Positions 37,000 to 50,415 of a stretch of DNA of 64,000 nt are shown here, in pieces (the first letter of the stretch is position 1; each line of letters starts with the position of its first letter). The DNA comes from Octopus bimaculoides (lineage: Eukaryota). The stretch lies in assembly GCF_001194135.2 (NCBI RefSeq), contig NC_068997.1, positions 37,825,416-37,889,415 on the forward strand. Reading direction: 5' to 3'. The position numbers and the translations under genes were made by a program. The notes under the pieces were generated by a model that searched no databases, was not told the origin of the DNA, and worked only from the letters and a program-made list of their open reading frames with translations.

Positions 37000-37410
37000 A
37001 TTTTTTTTAAATTTAAAAATGCATGCATAAATAAAACGCATTGGCAAAATGCTTTATGTTATTTAAAAGAGAATTTTTTGCTCTACAAGATTACGTGTTT
37101 TGAGTTTTTAATTTTATTGACTTTTTTGTATTTTCAGATCATTAAATTAGAACGTCAAGTGGACAAAACTGAACATTTTCGACTCCATTTGTTTTTTACA
37201 TTTAATCGAGGTGTTAAGGCCGCCGAACCTACTTGTGAGATTTGTGCTGCGCATGGATGAGCAATGCCTCAAATTACCAGACGACATTGATTTTTCGCGC
37301 TTCAAAAATGGGAATTTTGAACTCAAGGACGGATCACACTCCCGTTGACCAATTGAGTTCAATGAAGAGCGATTGAATCAACTTCTTCACGTCAAACGAC
37401 CAGAGAATTA
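37000..37410 (+). mobile_element. Mariner transposase N-terminal (HTH) remnant
   Basis: EHFRLHLFFTFNRGVKAAEPTCEICAAHG*..FSRFKNGNFELKD..PIEFNEERLNQLLH, a Mos1-like HTH. Confidence 0.75.
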
Positions 37411-37416
37411 AGAGAA

Positions 37417-37493
<77 letters not shown>

Positions 37494-37571
37494 GAAAGAG
37501 ATATATATATATATATAGAGAGAGATATAGAGAGAGAGATAAGGAGAGAGAGATGTGCAAGTGTAACTATA

Positions 37572-37602
<31 letters not shown>

Positions 37603-37603
37603 T

Positions 37604-38027
37604 TCTCTTTTACTCTTTTATTCTTTTATTTGTTTCGCTCATTTGACTGCGGCCATGGTGGAGCACTAACTTTAGTCGAGAAAATCGACCCCAGGACTTA
37701 TTCTTTGTAAGCCGAGTACTTATTCTATCGGTTTCTTAAGCCTAACCGCTAAGTTACGGGGACGTAAGCAAATCAGCGTCGGTTGTCAAACGATGGTGGG
37801 GGAACAAACACAGACACAGACACAGACACAGACACACACACATACACACATACGCATATATATATGGCAGGCTTCTTTCAGTTTCCGTCTATCAAATCCA
37901 TTCAGAAGGCTTTGGTCGGTCCGAAGTTATAGTAGAAGACACTTGCCCAAGGTGTCACGCAGTGGGATTGAACCTGAAACCATGTGGTTGGTAAGCAAGC
38001 TACTTACCACACAGCCACTCTTGCGTC
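37604..38027 (-). mobile_element. SINE family A
   Basis: Full-length match to the family A head, core and tail. Confidence 0.9.
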
Positions 38028-38771
38028 TNNNNNNNNNNNNNNNNNNNNNNNNNNNNNNNNNNNNNNNNNNNNNNNNNNNNNNNNNNNNNNNNNNNNNNNN
38101 NNNNNNNNNNNNNNNNNNNNNNNNNNNNNNNNNNNNNNNNNNNNNNNNNNNNNNNNNNNNNNNNNNNNNNNNNNNNNNNNNNNNNNNNNNNNNNNNNNNN
38201 NNNNNNNNNNNNNNNNNNNNNNNNNNNNNNNNNNNNNNNNNNNNNNNNNNNNNNNNNNNNNNNNNNNNNNNNNNNNNNNNNNNNNNNNNNNNNNNNNNNN
38301 NNNNNNNNNNNNNNNNNNNNNNNNNNNNNNNNNNNNNNNNNNNNNNNNNNNNNNNNNNNNNNNNNNNNNNNNNNNNNNNNNNNNNNNNNNNNNNNNNNNN
38401 NNNNNNNNNNNNNNNNNNNNNNNNNNNNNNNNNNNNNNNNNNNNNNNNNNNNNNNNNNNNNNNNNNNNNNNNNNNNNNNNNNNNNNNNNNNNNNNNNNNN
38501 NNNNNNNNNNNNNNNNNNNNNNNNNNNNNNNNNNNNNNNNNNNNNNNNNNNNNNNNNNNNNNNNNNNNNNNNNNNNNNNNNNNNNNNNNNNNNNNNNNNN
38601 NNNNNNNNNNNNNNNNNNNNNNNNNNNNNNNNNNNNNNNNNNNNNNNNNNNNNNNNNNNNNNNNNNNNNNNNNNNNNNNNNNNNNNNNNNNNNNNNNNNN
38701 NNNNNNNNNNNNNNNNNNNNNNNNNNNNNNNNNNNNNNNNNNNNNNNNNNNNNNNNNNNNNNNNNNNNNNN

Positions 38772-39120
38772 GATCCCCAAAATGTCCAATGCCATTCCCT
38801 GCATATTTGGTTTTATATCAGAGTGACCTTCTCCTAGAGACATGCTTCAACAAAAGCTGAGGGGCGCCTCACTCCCAGTGGTCTTTCAGCACGCCGGACA
38901 CCATCCCGGAATTTCTGCGTACCCGTGCTATTGCTAGATAGCTGTTGAGCCTGCACTAGGTCCATCCGAGTTTTCGACAGGTCTTGTTTTTAATCCTGCT
39001 GGGTTTCTAGCAACCCTCCTCACCAGGGTAGCCTGGTGGGGGTGCCAGTTTAGTCGCCGGCAACCCGACCATGCAACAGGTTGTACTGGATTACATGTTA
39101 CCAGTAGCACTTATGAGAGC
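38772..39120 (-). mobile_element. Probable 5' UTR of a LINE (RTE-like)
   Basis: GC-rich non-coding block abutting a gap. The assignment rests on recalled resemblance to RTE 5' UTRs only. Confidence 0.3.
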
Positions 39121-39399
39121 CTCATATGTGACCTGACATACATACATACATACATACATACATATGTGTATGCTAGCTGACGTACGCGGTAATTCCCGGA
39201 AAAGCAGGGCTTATACCTTGGTTCCGTTCTCATAATTATTTCGCTAATCCAATAATAACAATACAAAGTAGGTAGCTCTTAAAACGGTTTTTTGCATTTA
39301 CAGAAAATACTGAACTGTTTTACACAGAATCTTGTTTTTAGGAATCCCCAATAAGTTATGAATACCCAAACTGTGAAGTCAGTTATGTAATAACCAAAT

Positions 39400-40140
39400 G
39401 TAGCTTGAACTCGGGTGTCCAGGTCAAGTAATGCCTCACTGTGGCAGATTCCGTAGAGGTTTGCCTTTGAATCCTTCTTAAATTTCCTCTGCCATGCTAG
39501 TTTTGTGGATCGCCCAGAGTTTATGAGGTTCACGCAAGCCACATATCATCATAGAAAATATCTGGCGCAGTTGACTTAGTGCTGTGCTGACTGCTGCCCG
39601 CTCCAGTGTCTGGTCCCAGTGAGCATCATCCTCAAGTAGTCCATGTTTGGCGCAAGCTTTTCTATAAGTCTTGTAGATTTCCCGTTGTGTCTTCGAAAGT
39701 CTGCGAAAGTCCTGCTGATTAGGGTGCACAATGTACACCCGCCTGATGGCCCCAATTCTGAAGACAGCATCTTTTTCCCAGCCCTCAGTGTGCATTTCTT
39801 CCTTGCGTCTATTCCATCTATTGTATACCCAGGTATAGTACATGGGGACCTCTACATACAACAGTGTTCGGGCAAACAGATCACATTGGCATAATTTGAA
39901 GAAAGCTGTCAATGTAGTCTCTCATGGATTCAGAACTACGTTTCGAACATTGTCGTCTGTGAAATATACACGCTGGCCATTATCTAGATGTACAGATAGA
40001 TTTTGAGGTGTTCCTAAATGTAAACAGGGTGTGACCTTTGTGTTGACAATGTATTTGTCTAAAAGCAGAACAGTTCTTCATGCAACGCTTATCAATTGGC
40101 TGAATTGACATGAAAGGCATCGTCATTCATAGTACATTCG
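39400..40140 (-). pseudogene. Helitron RepHel fragment (Rep-helicase linker)
   Basis: SVYFTDDN..TTLTAFFKLCQCDLFARTLLYVEVPMYYTW..RVYIVHP..TYRKACAKHGLLEDDAHWDQTLERAA..QLRQIF. Confidence 0.85.
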
Positions 40141-40580
40141 TGAATAAGTCACTAACCGAAATAAGTGGATCTATTGTTTAGGAAAATACTATTTACTTGT
40201 TTAAGGGTTCTACTGGATAAACTGCGAAAATAACTCTAATAGTTAAAATACTAAGAAATAAGCATACTCAATTTGATTTATACCAAATAATATAGGAAAA
40301 TAATGGGCTATTTCCTTTGGCAGTAAAAGTAAAATATGTTAGTTATATATAAGGATCTCTTACAAGGGTCCTATCATCGATTTTTTAAACAGACTGAGTA
40401 TGCCATGAGGTTTCCAGACATGAGTTCTAGTCACGTGTCAAGATTCATCAAAGTCGATAAAATGATGTAGGAGGAGTTAGCTAACAACTCCGCAAACAAA
40501 CACAGCCACAGACAGAATTTCGCGCGCACGCACACACACACACACACACATATACATACACATACATACATATATACATG

Positions 40581-40620
<40 letters not shown>

Positions 40621-41170
40621 NNNNNNNNNNNNNNNNNNNNNNNNNNNNNNNNNNNNNNNNNNNNNNNNNNNNNNNNNNNNNNNNNNNNNNNNNNNNNNNN
40701 NNNNNNNNNNNNNNNNNNNNNNNNNNNNNNNNNNNNNNNNNNNNNNNNNNNNNNNNNNNNNNNNNNNNNNNNNNNNNNNNNNNNNNNNNNNNNNNNNNNN
40801 NNNNNNNNNNNNNNNNNNNNNNNNNNNNNNNNNNNNNNNNNNNNNNNNNNNNNNNNNNNNNNNNNNNNNNNNNNNNNNNNNNNNNNNNNNNNNNNNNNNN
40901 NNNNNNNNNNNNNNNNNNNNNNNNNNNNNNNNNNNNNNNNNNNNNNNNNNNNNNNNNNNNNNNNNNNNNNNNNNNNNNNNNNNNNNNNNNNNNNNNNNNN
41001 NNNNNNNNNNNNNNNNNNNNNNNNNNNNNNNNNNNNNNNNNNNNNNNNNNNNNNNNNNNNNNNNNNNNNNNNNNNNNNNNNNNNNNNNNNNNNNNNNNNN
41101 NNNNNNNNNNNNNNNNNNNNNNNNNNNNNNNNNNNNNNNNNNNNNNNNNNNNNNNNNNNNNNNNNNNNNN

Positions 41171-41214
<44 letters not shown>

Positions 41215-41544
41215 TTGTATGTGTCTTTGTGTCTGTGTTTGTAAGTCAGTATTGCATGACTACTGATGTTGGTGTGCTTACGTCTGAAACTTAGCGGTTT
41301 GGCAAAAGACACCGATAGAATTATAAAGGATATTAGTAATTACGAGTTCCATCGTCGAAGAGAGAGTGAGATAAATTATAAGCGGAAGGCGTGCGAAAAC
41401 TACAAGACAGTAAAAAAGAAAGTGTCATGAATGCATGAGAGTAGGTGGAGACTTACTGGGATAGAGGAGGCATATATGATACATACACACAAATATATAC
41501 ACATATACACATAATCTAATAATATATATATAATATATATAATA

Positions 41545-41917
41545 GACATGGCTGGGTGGTAAGAAGCTTGCTTTCCAACCACATGGTTCCGGGTTCAGTC
41601 CCACTGTGTGGCACCTTGGGCGGGTTTTCTCTACTATAGCTTCGGGATAGCCAACGCCTTCTGAGTGGATTTGATAGACGGAAACTGAAAGAAGCCCGGC
41701 GTATATATATGTATATATGTTTGTGTGTCTGTGTTTGTCCCCCAACACCGCTTGACAACCGATGATGATGTGTTTACATCACCGTAACTTAGCGGTTCGG
41801 CAAAACATCCCGATAGAATAAGTACTAGGCTTACAAAGAATAAGTCCTGGAATCGACTTGTTCGACTAAAAGCGGTGCTCCAGCATATCCGCAGTCAAAT
41901 GACTGAAGCCAATAAAA

Positions 41918-41920
<3 letters not shown>
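41545..41920 (+). mobile_element. SINE family A
   Basis: Head TGGCTGGGTGGTAAG, B box GGTTCAGTCCC, core GGCACCTTGGGC, conserved 3' body. A further 3' fragment lies at 41221-41330. Confidence 0.9.
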
Positions 41921-41990
<70 letters not shown>

Positions 41991-42825
41991 CACAGTGTAC
42001 ATTTAATACACATTAGAGATGCCCATAAAAGGACATCTAACCCGCTAGAAAGAGCAGTCAAATTTCTACACCACAAAATTAGGGATAATTTCGAAAAGGA
42101 ATGAAAAATAAAAACATTTACCATCTATATTCCGAACCAGGTTTCAAGTTATTTTCGCAAAGCAAACTATTTTGCGAGGCCAAATATCATCAGCGGAATA
42201 GACTAGACCGACATGCATGCACGAGGCACTCCATAGAGAACATGACTTGTGCATATATGTCTAATTTTTCAAAAATTACCGCGCATGTATATTTATGTAT
42301 TCTGGAATTTTTATTTCCACTTTATAAAGAATATATATTTCTATATAGGTTTCGAATGTGAATTCTAATAATGTTCTTTTAGACTCCGCATGTTTTGCCT
42401 CCATAAAAATATTATATACATATATATNNNNNNNNNNNNNNNNNNNNNNNNNNNNNNNNNNNNNNNNNNNNNNNNNNNNNNNNNNNNNNNNNNNNNNNNN
42501 NNNNNNNNNNNNNNNNNNNNNNNNNNNNNNNNNNNNNNNNNNNNNNNNNNNNNNNNNNNNNNNNNNNNNNNNNNNNNNNNNNNNNNNNNNNNNNNNNNNN
42601 NNNNNNNNNNNNNNNNNNNNNNNNNNNNNNNNNNNNNNNNNNNNNNNNNNNNNNNNNNNNNNNNNNNNNNNNNNNNNNNNNNNNNNNNNNNNNNNNNNNN
42701 NNNNNNNNNNNNNNNNNNNNNNNNNNNNNNNNNNNNNNNNNNNNNNNNNNNNNNNNNNNNNNNNNNNNNNNNNNNNNNNNNNNNNNNNNNNNNNNNNNNN
42801 NNNNNNNNNNNNNNNNNNNNNNNNN

Positions 42826-42856
<31 letters not shown>

Positions 42857-42860
42857 CATA

Positions 42861-43535
42861 CAGGGGTTGGGCAAAATAATGAAACCACCTTAAAATTTCA
42901 AACAAATTTATTTTAATATGGGTAGGACAGCCTTTGGCATTAATTACAGCTTGAATTCTACGAGCTATGGACTCGTGCAAAGGTTGAATTGTTTCCAAAG
43001 GAATTTTTGTCCATTCTCCATCTAAAACAGTCTCCAGTTCTTGTACTATTGATGGTGGAGAATATCGACTCCTTATTTGTTTTTCTAAAATACACCATAA
43101 ATGTTCAATAATATTGAGATCTGGGGACTGTGGTGGCCAGATAAGCTGTTCAATTTCACAAGAATGTTCCGCGTGCCATTCGCCAACAACGTTAGCTGTG
43201 TGAATTGGTGTATTATCATCCTGAAAGATTGCGTTTCCCCCGGAAACAGTTCCGCAAGTCTTGACTATTAATTCTGCCATGAAGGAAAACCATTGGGCCG
43301 ACGGATTTCCAAGATATAGCCCCCCCACCCAGGTCATGTAAGATCCTCCTCCATGGTGAACAGCCGGAAGAAGGCAGTGTGGGTCAAATGTTTCTTTTGG
43401 CTGTTTCCACACATACTCGGCCGGTGGTCGGAAATAAGGTAAAGGATGATTTATCCAACAAAATAACATTCTTACACTGCTCTAGGGACCAATTCTGTAC
43501 GTTTTTACTCCACTCTAAACTCTTTACAATACTTA
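42861..43535 (-). mobile_element. Tc1-like transposon 3' half (transposase C-terminus plus TIR)
   Basis: FQDDNTPIH..WPPQSPDLNIIEHLW..RRIQAVINAKGCPT. Terminus TA|CAGGGGTTGGGCAAAATAATG. Confidence 0.85.
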
Positions 43536-43544
43536 CGTGACGTA

Positions 43545-43582
43545 ATCCGTAAACACACTAGCATCGGTTGTCAAGCGATGTT

Positions 43583-43635
<53 letters not shown>

Positions 43636-43775
43636 CGACGGGCCTCTTTCATTTGCCTTCGACCAAATCCACTCACAAGGCTTTGTCGAGCCGAGGCTAT
43701 AGTAGAAGTCACTTGCCCAAGGTACCATGCAGTGGGACTGAACCCGGAACTATGTGATTGGTAAGCAAACTACTT
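43545..43775 (-). mobile_element. SINE family A (partial)
   Basis: Matches family A head and core. Confidence 0.8.
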
Positions 43776-44582
43776 TATTTCAATAAATTTTGCCATTTAC
43801 GGCGTTACATAGAAGGGACAGACAAAGNNNNNNNNNNNNNNNNNNNNNNNNNNNNNNNNNNNNNNNNNNNNNNNNNNNNNNNNNNNNNNNNNNNNNNNNN
43901 NNNNNNNNNNNNNNNNNNNNNNNNNNNNNNNNNNNNNNNNNNNNNNNNNNNNNNNNNNNNNNNNNNNNNNNNNNNNNNNNNNNNNNNNNNNNNNNNNNNN
44001 NNNNNNNNNNNNNNNNNNNNNNNNNNNNNNNNNNNNNNNNNNNNNNNNNNNNNNNNNNNNNNNNNNNNNNNNNNNNNNNNNNNNNNNNNNNNNNNNNNNN
44101 NNNNNNNNNNNNNNNNNNNNNNNNNNNNNNNNNNNNNNNNNNNNNNNNNNNNNNNNNNNNNNNNNNNNNNNNNNNNNNNNNNNNNNNNNNNNNNNNNNNN
44201 NNNNNNNNNNNNNNNNNNNNNNNNNNNNNNNNNNNNNNNNNNNNNNNNNNNNNNNNNNNNNNNNNNNNNNNNNNNNNNNNNNNNNNNNNNNNNNNNNNNN
44301 NNNNNNNNNNNNNNNNNNNNNNNNNNNNNNNNNNNNNNNNNNNNNNNNNNNNNNNNNNNNNNNNNNNNNNNNNNNNNNNNNNNNNNNNNNNNNNNNNNNN
44401 NNNNNNNNNNNNNNNNNNNNNNNNNNNNNNNNNNNNNNNNNNNNNNNNNNNNNNNNNNNNNNNNNNNNNNNNNNNNNNNNNNNNNNNNNNNNNNNNNNNN
44501 NNNNNNNNNNNNNNNNNNNNNNNNNNNNNNNNNNNNNNNNNNNNNNNNNNNNNNNNNNNNNNNNNNNNNNNNNNNNNNNNNN

Positions 44583-44638
<56 letters not shown>

Positions 44639-44873
44639 ACACACAAACACACACACACACACGCATACACACACATATGTCTGGACAATTATGTGGATAA
44701 ACATATTAGATATATTAAATATAATATAATAGTCTGGGAATGAAACAAAATATTTATATAACAATACTTGAAAAACGAGAGAAAGCAAAAGATGGAGACT
44801 TTCAGACAATGAATATGTAAGTACCAACATGTAGATATTTACATAAATAGACCCAACTTCCCCAGACAGAGAT

Positions 44874-45065
44874 AATTAAAGGAGTGGAAGAAAGGCATTA
44901 TAAATCCAACAGCTGTTTCTGGGGGCTTGGAGATCCATGATGATCTTGTTAGATGTAGTTCAGCTCAACGTGCGACCGTAATGGATGCAACAAAATCATC
45001 ATAGATCTCCAAGCCCCCAGAAACAGATGTTGGATTTATAACACCTTTCTTCTACTCCTTTAATT
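44874..45065. mobile_element. Palindromic MITE (about 190 bp)
   Basis: About 80-bp arms AATTAAAGGAGTGGAAGAAAGGCATTATAAATCCAACAGCTGTTTCTGGGGGCTTGGAGATC.. with a near-perfect reverse complement and a loop of about 35 nt. Confidence 0.8.
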
Positions 45066-45599
45066 TACTTTGTCGTTTATACTTTGTGGAAGCTGGATCT
45101 ATTTATATAAATATTTATATATATTTGTCCTTAAATATTCATTGCCTGAAAGTTTCCATCTTTTGCTTTCTCTCGTTTTTCATGTATACTTATATACATA
45201 CTTTTTGTTTCATGACCAAGCTATTACATTATATTTAATATATCTAATGTGTTTATCCGCATAATTGCCTCTATAGCCGCCGCTCAACTTGATCGCTCTT
45301 ATAGCCACTTTTTACCCTATTGAATTGATCCCCTGTGAAGACTTAGGAGTCTAAGTTTGAAAAATTTGAGCACTACTGTCTTCTTTACTGAAAATCTCTG
45401 GATTTCATGTATGTGTGTGTGTGTGTGTGTGCTATTGTGTGACAGTTTTGTCGATGGGTGATCCCAGCAGCTCTGGTTCTCCTGGTTTGAGGGCCGAAAC
45501 ATCTACAGAACTGTCTCGCCGCCTATTGAAACATCGTCTCCTCCATGCAGAGACGGAGTAGACAACACCTTTAGCACACAGGTGTTTATCCTAAAGTAC

Positions 45600-48250
45600 A
45601 AACCCATTAAAAAAAAAACAAAAAAACTTCACAAATCTGATATGCAAAAAGCATGATCAGGAACAAAAAGTCACTTGCATAATTTTGATAACATCAATTC
45701 CAGAAAACCGAAACAATTAAACAATCTTTTTAGGAGTAACAAAATATCCCTTTTTCTCAAGACATAATACTCTTCAATGATAAAAATATAGTAATATAAA
45801 CTCGTTAACTTTTGGACAAAGACTGTAGTTCATAGAAAGAAACAAAGACCTCTTTCTATCTCTACGTAATATCTCTCTAAATCGGGGACAACAGTTTACA
45901 CAACACATCAAATATTATAAGACCACATATAAACTAGAACCTATAATAGATCACGCTTTAACGTAAGACCAGAAAATAATTCATGCCCTTACAAGAATAC
46001 AAATACCTTCAACCGAAAACTAAGGAATCCTTTTCTAGAGAGAGTGGACAGAATTCAAGACACTCGATGGAACAAACCAAATGTATACTTCCGAATGTAA
46101 TAAATATATCACACACAACTCTTTCAACGCAATAAATTCAAGATTTTCCCAATAGGTTAAAATTCTTCTCAATAACATAAAATTTCAAAATGAATGAAAT
46201 GCAGAAAGATGTCAAGCATTTTGTAGAAAACTAAGCAAAACAAAAGAATTGTTCAACAAAAAAATTAATGATGAATCATTAACAGTTATTATAGTCTGGC
46301 AAAAGATAAGACTTTAAATAAATTCTGTGATTTTATGACCACTTTTCATTATTATTTATTACCACATCTAACATTTCAATCAAAAGCAGCTGAAAGAATG
46401 GGAAAACCTCAAGGATTTTCAGAATGATCACAATATAGTTACCAAAGTAGCTAACAAAGGAAGTATTGTAGTTATTATTAACTCAGAACAATTCAAAAAC
46501 ACTGAGCTATCCCTATTTTGTGACATCACCCACTATGAAAAGTAAACAATTGCTGACAATCGGAAATAACGAGAAGACCCACGACATTCTACCAGTAGAT
46601 CCAAAAGGTATTTACTGAAGGAATGGGGCTATCTAATAAGACTTGAACCAACAATTTTTACGCAAAAAACCACTAGAGCAAGACAATAAATGACGCGTTT
46701 TGAGTATTAACCTCAATGTCTATTAATATACCACATCCCAAAGATCTGAAACTAAGACCAATTATATCAGGTCCATCATGTGAAATACATAAACTTAGGA
46801 ACTTTAGTGATATATCCCTAAAATCAATTCATAAATTTATATGCTGTCTTAAACTTTCTAAATGATGTCCAGGATAAAACCAACACAAACACTCTTTTTG
46901 TTTCATTTGATATAGTAAATATTTACACCACGATTCCATATGGATATAGAATAGAAGCCATACAATTGTCGTTGGAAAAATTTGCAAATAACCTACCTAA
47001 ACGAATTCTTAAAAGACTGTGATGGGCATGAAAATATCCACCACGCGTGCTAATCTTCTTATTGAATATTTAGACGTCCAAATATGTGAACAATCGAGAT
47101 TGATATACGGTGATAACTTCTATAAATACTTATTCGCCAAATGAAAACGCTACATGGTTGATTATTTGAGCCAGTAGACATGCAATTGAAACCAACTCTA
47201 TGAGTTTAAAACCGAGTTAGATACATAACCCACAGTATTCAATTCAGAATTGAATATAGTGAAAAACAACTCTTTTTCGATATCTTAATCATGTAAAGAG
47301 TTACGAACGTTGAAACCGACATCTGCATTAAACCAACAGACTCAAAATAATATCTGCTAATTTCCTCCTGCCATCCAAAGCATGCGAAAATTAATATGCC
47401 TTCTAACCTGGCAGGAACAACCAGCACAATTGTATTCATTTCCGAAACACAAGAGAAACAAATTCAAGAACTTTAAAATACAGTAATCGAAACACACTAC
47501 CCAATAGCTTTAATCAATAACAGGATAGAACGTCCAAAGCGATAGATACCCAAGAATTATGAAAAACGCGAAACACCCCTGATACACTCACAACTACCTT
47601 ATATATCAACACACGATCCAAGAAACACGGAAGCATGCAACATCCATCAGAATATCCCTCTTTTGGTGAACGAGCTACGAATGAAAAAAACACTCTAAAC
47701 ACACAAAATAATTAAAAGAAAAGTCAGCCTAAATCTTCAAAAAGATCATTTACTCATCAAAATTACAACTCCAATAATCCAAAAGTGTAACCATCCTAAC
47801 TGTGTAATCTGCATCTATTTCTTGGAGAGATTGACAAGGAAATATAAATCAAGGAATATAAATTGACATAGGAATATAAATACAAAACATTTACCATATA
47901 AAGTCATTTCGCCTGCATATCAAGCAATTTAATTTATGCTGTTAAATTGCAGTGGGTGTGATGAAGACCACATAGGACAAACAAGTTTAAATCTGATGAA
48001 CAAAATAATGGTACACTACCAATAAATATGAGACTCCACGTGTAAATATCTAGATCTCTGTCTAACAAACTAATATACGAAATATGAAATTTTCCTCTTA
48101 TATCAAAGCATCTGGAACACCTTTGTCCAATTTCGATTAAATAAGGAAAATATGTTTATAAAGAAATATAAACCAAAATTATACACTCCATAACAAAGAA
48201 ATATATTGCGAAAACAGTTTATTCGACTGAAGTTAAAATAATTTGAAATA
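45600..48250 (+). mobile_element. Decayed Penelope-like element (RT plus GIY-YIG endonuclease)
   Basis: TKVANKGSIVVII (ADKG), IISGPSC, LFVSFDIVNIYTTIP, KPTDSK*YLLISSCHPKHAK, and GIY-YIG remnant FACISSNLIYA..CSGCDEDHIGQT. Confidence 0.85.
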
Positions 48251-48699
48251 AGAAAAATAATAAAAGTAAATCAAAATTTGAAGTAACGGCCTGCCTCCAA
48301 GATTCGAATCCCTTTCTTCTAACCACTACACATAACACATTTTTGACACTATTTGCCCTAGAAATTGACCAATTGGATTTTATTTTGGGTTAAAACCGGA
48401 CTCTTAACGAGACAAGAATAAATAAATAATGCTACTAAACATTGAGCCGATCGTGACGTCAGAGAAACCACTGATGTCTGAAGGCTGCCAGCCAACCGGA
48501 ACACTAGCCGACTGCTCGACAAAAACAAGTGACATGACATTTGATAAACAAATGAAACTCAGAGAAAAATCATTCAACCGGAGCAATGGTCGAAGGTAAG
48601 TGACCCAAACAAGTTGATAAATAAATGACGTCCCAAGTCAGCCCAGCAGAAAGCTGGGCTATTGCTGAGCAATAATAATGTATGACCAGACTATTTGAT

Positions 48700-48910
48700 A
48701 AATAAATCAAACCAAACGAATATAAAAATCGCCACTATAGGGTAGGACAAAAGTTTCAGTGAGAAATATGTGAGGACTACCAAATCGACACCCCTTACTG
48801 GTATGGACATGGTCCTAATCCAGTGGCTGAAGGTGAAAATGTTCCCAGCTTATGGGATTTTCCTATCAATACTGGTAGAAAAATCCAGACATAATCATTA
48901 AAGATAGGAA
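48700..48910 (+). mobile_element. R4/Dong-like LINE fragment (RLE region)
   Basis: PNEYKNRHYRVGQK..WYGHGPNPVAEGENV..LWDFPINT. Related to 28950-29100. Confidence 0.75.
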
Positions 48911-49194
48911 TGTAAATATTTGTAAAGTGATAGATATAAGTGTCTCCGCCGTGGTCAAGGAACTTGATAGCTCAGTAAATATAAGTACCTGGAAATTGAA
49001 ATACAAAACGTGGTACTTTAAGCGAAAACAGCCCCTGAATGTATTTCTGTACTGTCTTCACCTTCTGTCCTCAAACTTTGCTCTTGGCGTCTGGATCATT
49101 CGGCAAGTGATAGTATCAAACATGCTAATGAAAAAGCAAATAATTTTTTTTTTTAATTTCAAATTTTAGCTCAAGGCCAGCAATTTTGGGGAAG

Positions 49195-50053
49195 AGGTAT
49201 GCAAATGCAATAAACCAACCGCAAAGACAAAAATAGAGTTCTTGTATGAATTATTTGCCCGATATTGTGTTCCAGACACCTTGGTATCAGATAATGGAAC
49301 ACAATTTACTGGCTGTTAATTCAAAAAATTCTACAAAATACATGCGATAAAGCATATTTTTGCCCAGCTCTACCATCCAAGGCCAAACGGACGGGTACAA
49401 AGATTCGTGATATTTTCAAGCGAGCGTTAAAAAAAGTAAGGGATGACATAGGGAATGACGAAGTGTTAACGAAATTATTGAAGGTATATAGAGTAATGCT
49501 CAGTCCGAATACCAGTTCAGGGAAGTTTCCGACAGAGTTGATGTTCGCGCAAAAGATAAAATTGGTCTTCGATAAACTATTGCAAGGAAAAATATACATT
49601 TAAAGGAAATACAAAAAAGGCAACAAATCATTTCGAAGATAAAGTTCATTTTAAAATTTACAAAACTTGTGAAGAAGGCTGGGAGGATGGTTTTGTAACT
49701 TAAAGATTAGGAATGATGTATGTAATTAAAGGACAACGTTGGGAACATGAGATACCTAAATCAATTAAAAACGAGACATACTGAAAAACGAAAGGAAATA
49801 CCAGCAGAAGTCTGCTATGCCAGCACCGAAAGAGATTAAACCTCGTAGAAGCAGCAATAGAAAAACGAAACAGACTGTACGCTTAGAAACAATGCCAAAA
49901 CGAAAACGATGTTAAATTTTCAAAAAATAAATAAATAAATAAATAAATAAAAACAAAAGAGGGAGAGGTTCTGGGAAAATAGAAAAAGAGAAGAAGAGGT
50001 TCTGGGAAAATAAAAAAGATAAAATAAATTTCATTTCTTACAGAAAGGGGAGA
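49195..50053 (+). mobile_element. Ty3/Gypsy integrase remnant plus polypurine tract
   Basis: VPDTLVSDNGTQFT, LYHPRPNGRVQRF, PTELMFAQKIKLVFDKLL. PPT AGAAAGGGGAGA lies directly before the LTR. Confidence 0.8.
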
Positions 50054-50415
50054 TGTTGTGATGATAGTTACAACGCCCCGTTGTAGGAAATAGACAGGGC
50101 CGAGCGATTATAAATAGTGGCGGTCAGAGTGAAGTTTGTGTGTTAGTTCGAGTTGAATTCACAATGAAGTCGGAAGGTGTCGGCTGGTTAGTTCGTTTGG
50201 AATATTGATTGTTGGTTCGTGAAGAGATGGTTGGATCGTCACGTTGTTATTACGGCTGCATCGTTATCTTGTCTACTGTTACTACACTGGTACAGTGGAT
50301 TTAAACCATCCGTCACAATGTCATGGTGGTACCACGACATTTGGAGACGAAGGATACAACATATACACACATACCAAGTCGGAGGTAAGAAGGAAATGTG
50401 GAGCTGTATACAACA
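50054..50415 (+). repeat. 3' LTR of the Gypsy element
   Basis: Starts TGTTGT immediately after the PPT, ends ACAACA, and contains TATAAATA at about 50109. Confidence 0.75.

Noticed and set aside
35331-44830. Many 150-350 aa ORFs in the supplied track
   Set aside because: They are composed of X residues from N-gaps plus microsatellite translations. The same applies near 5.6, 53.4, 58.5 and 63.2 kb.
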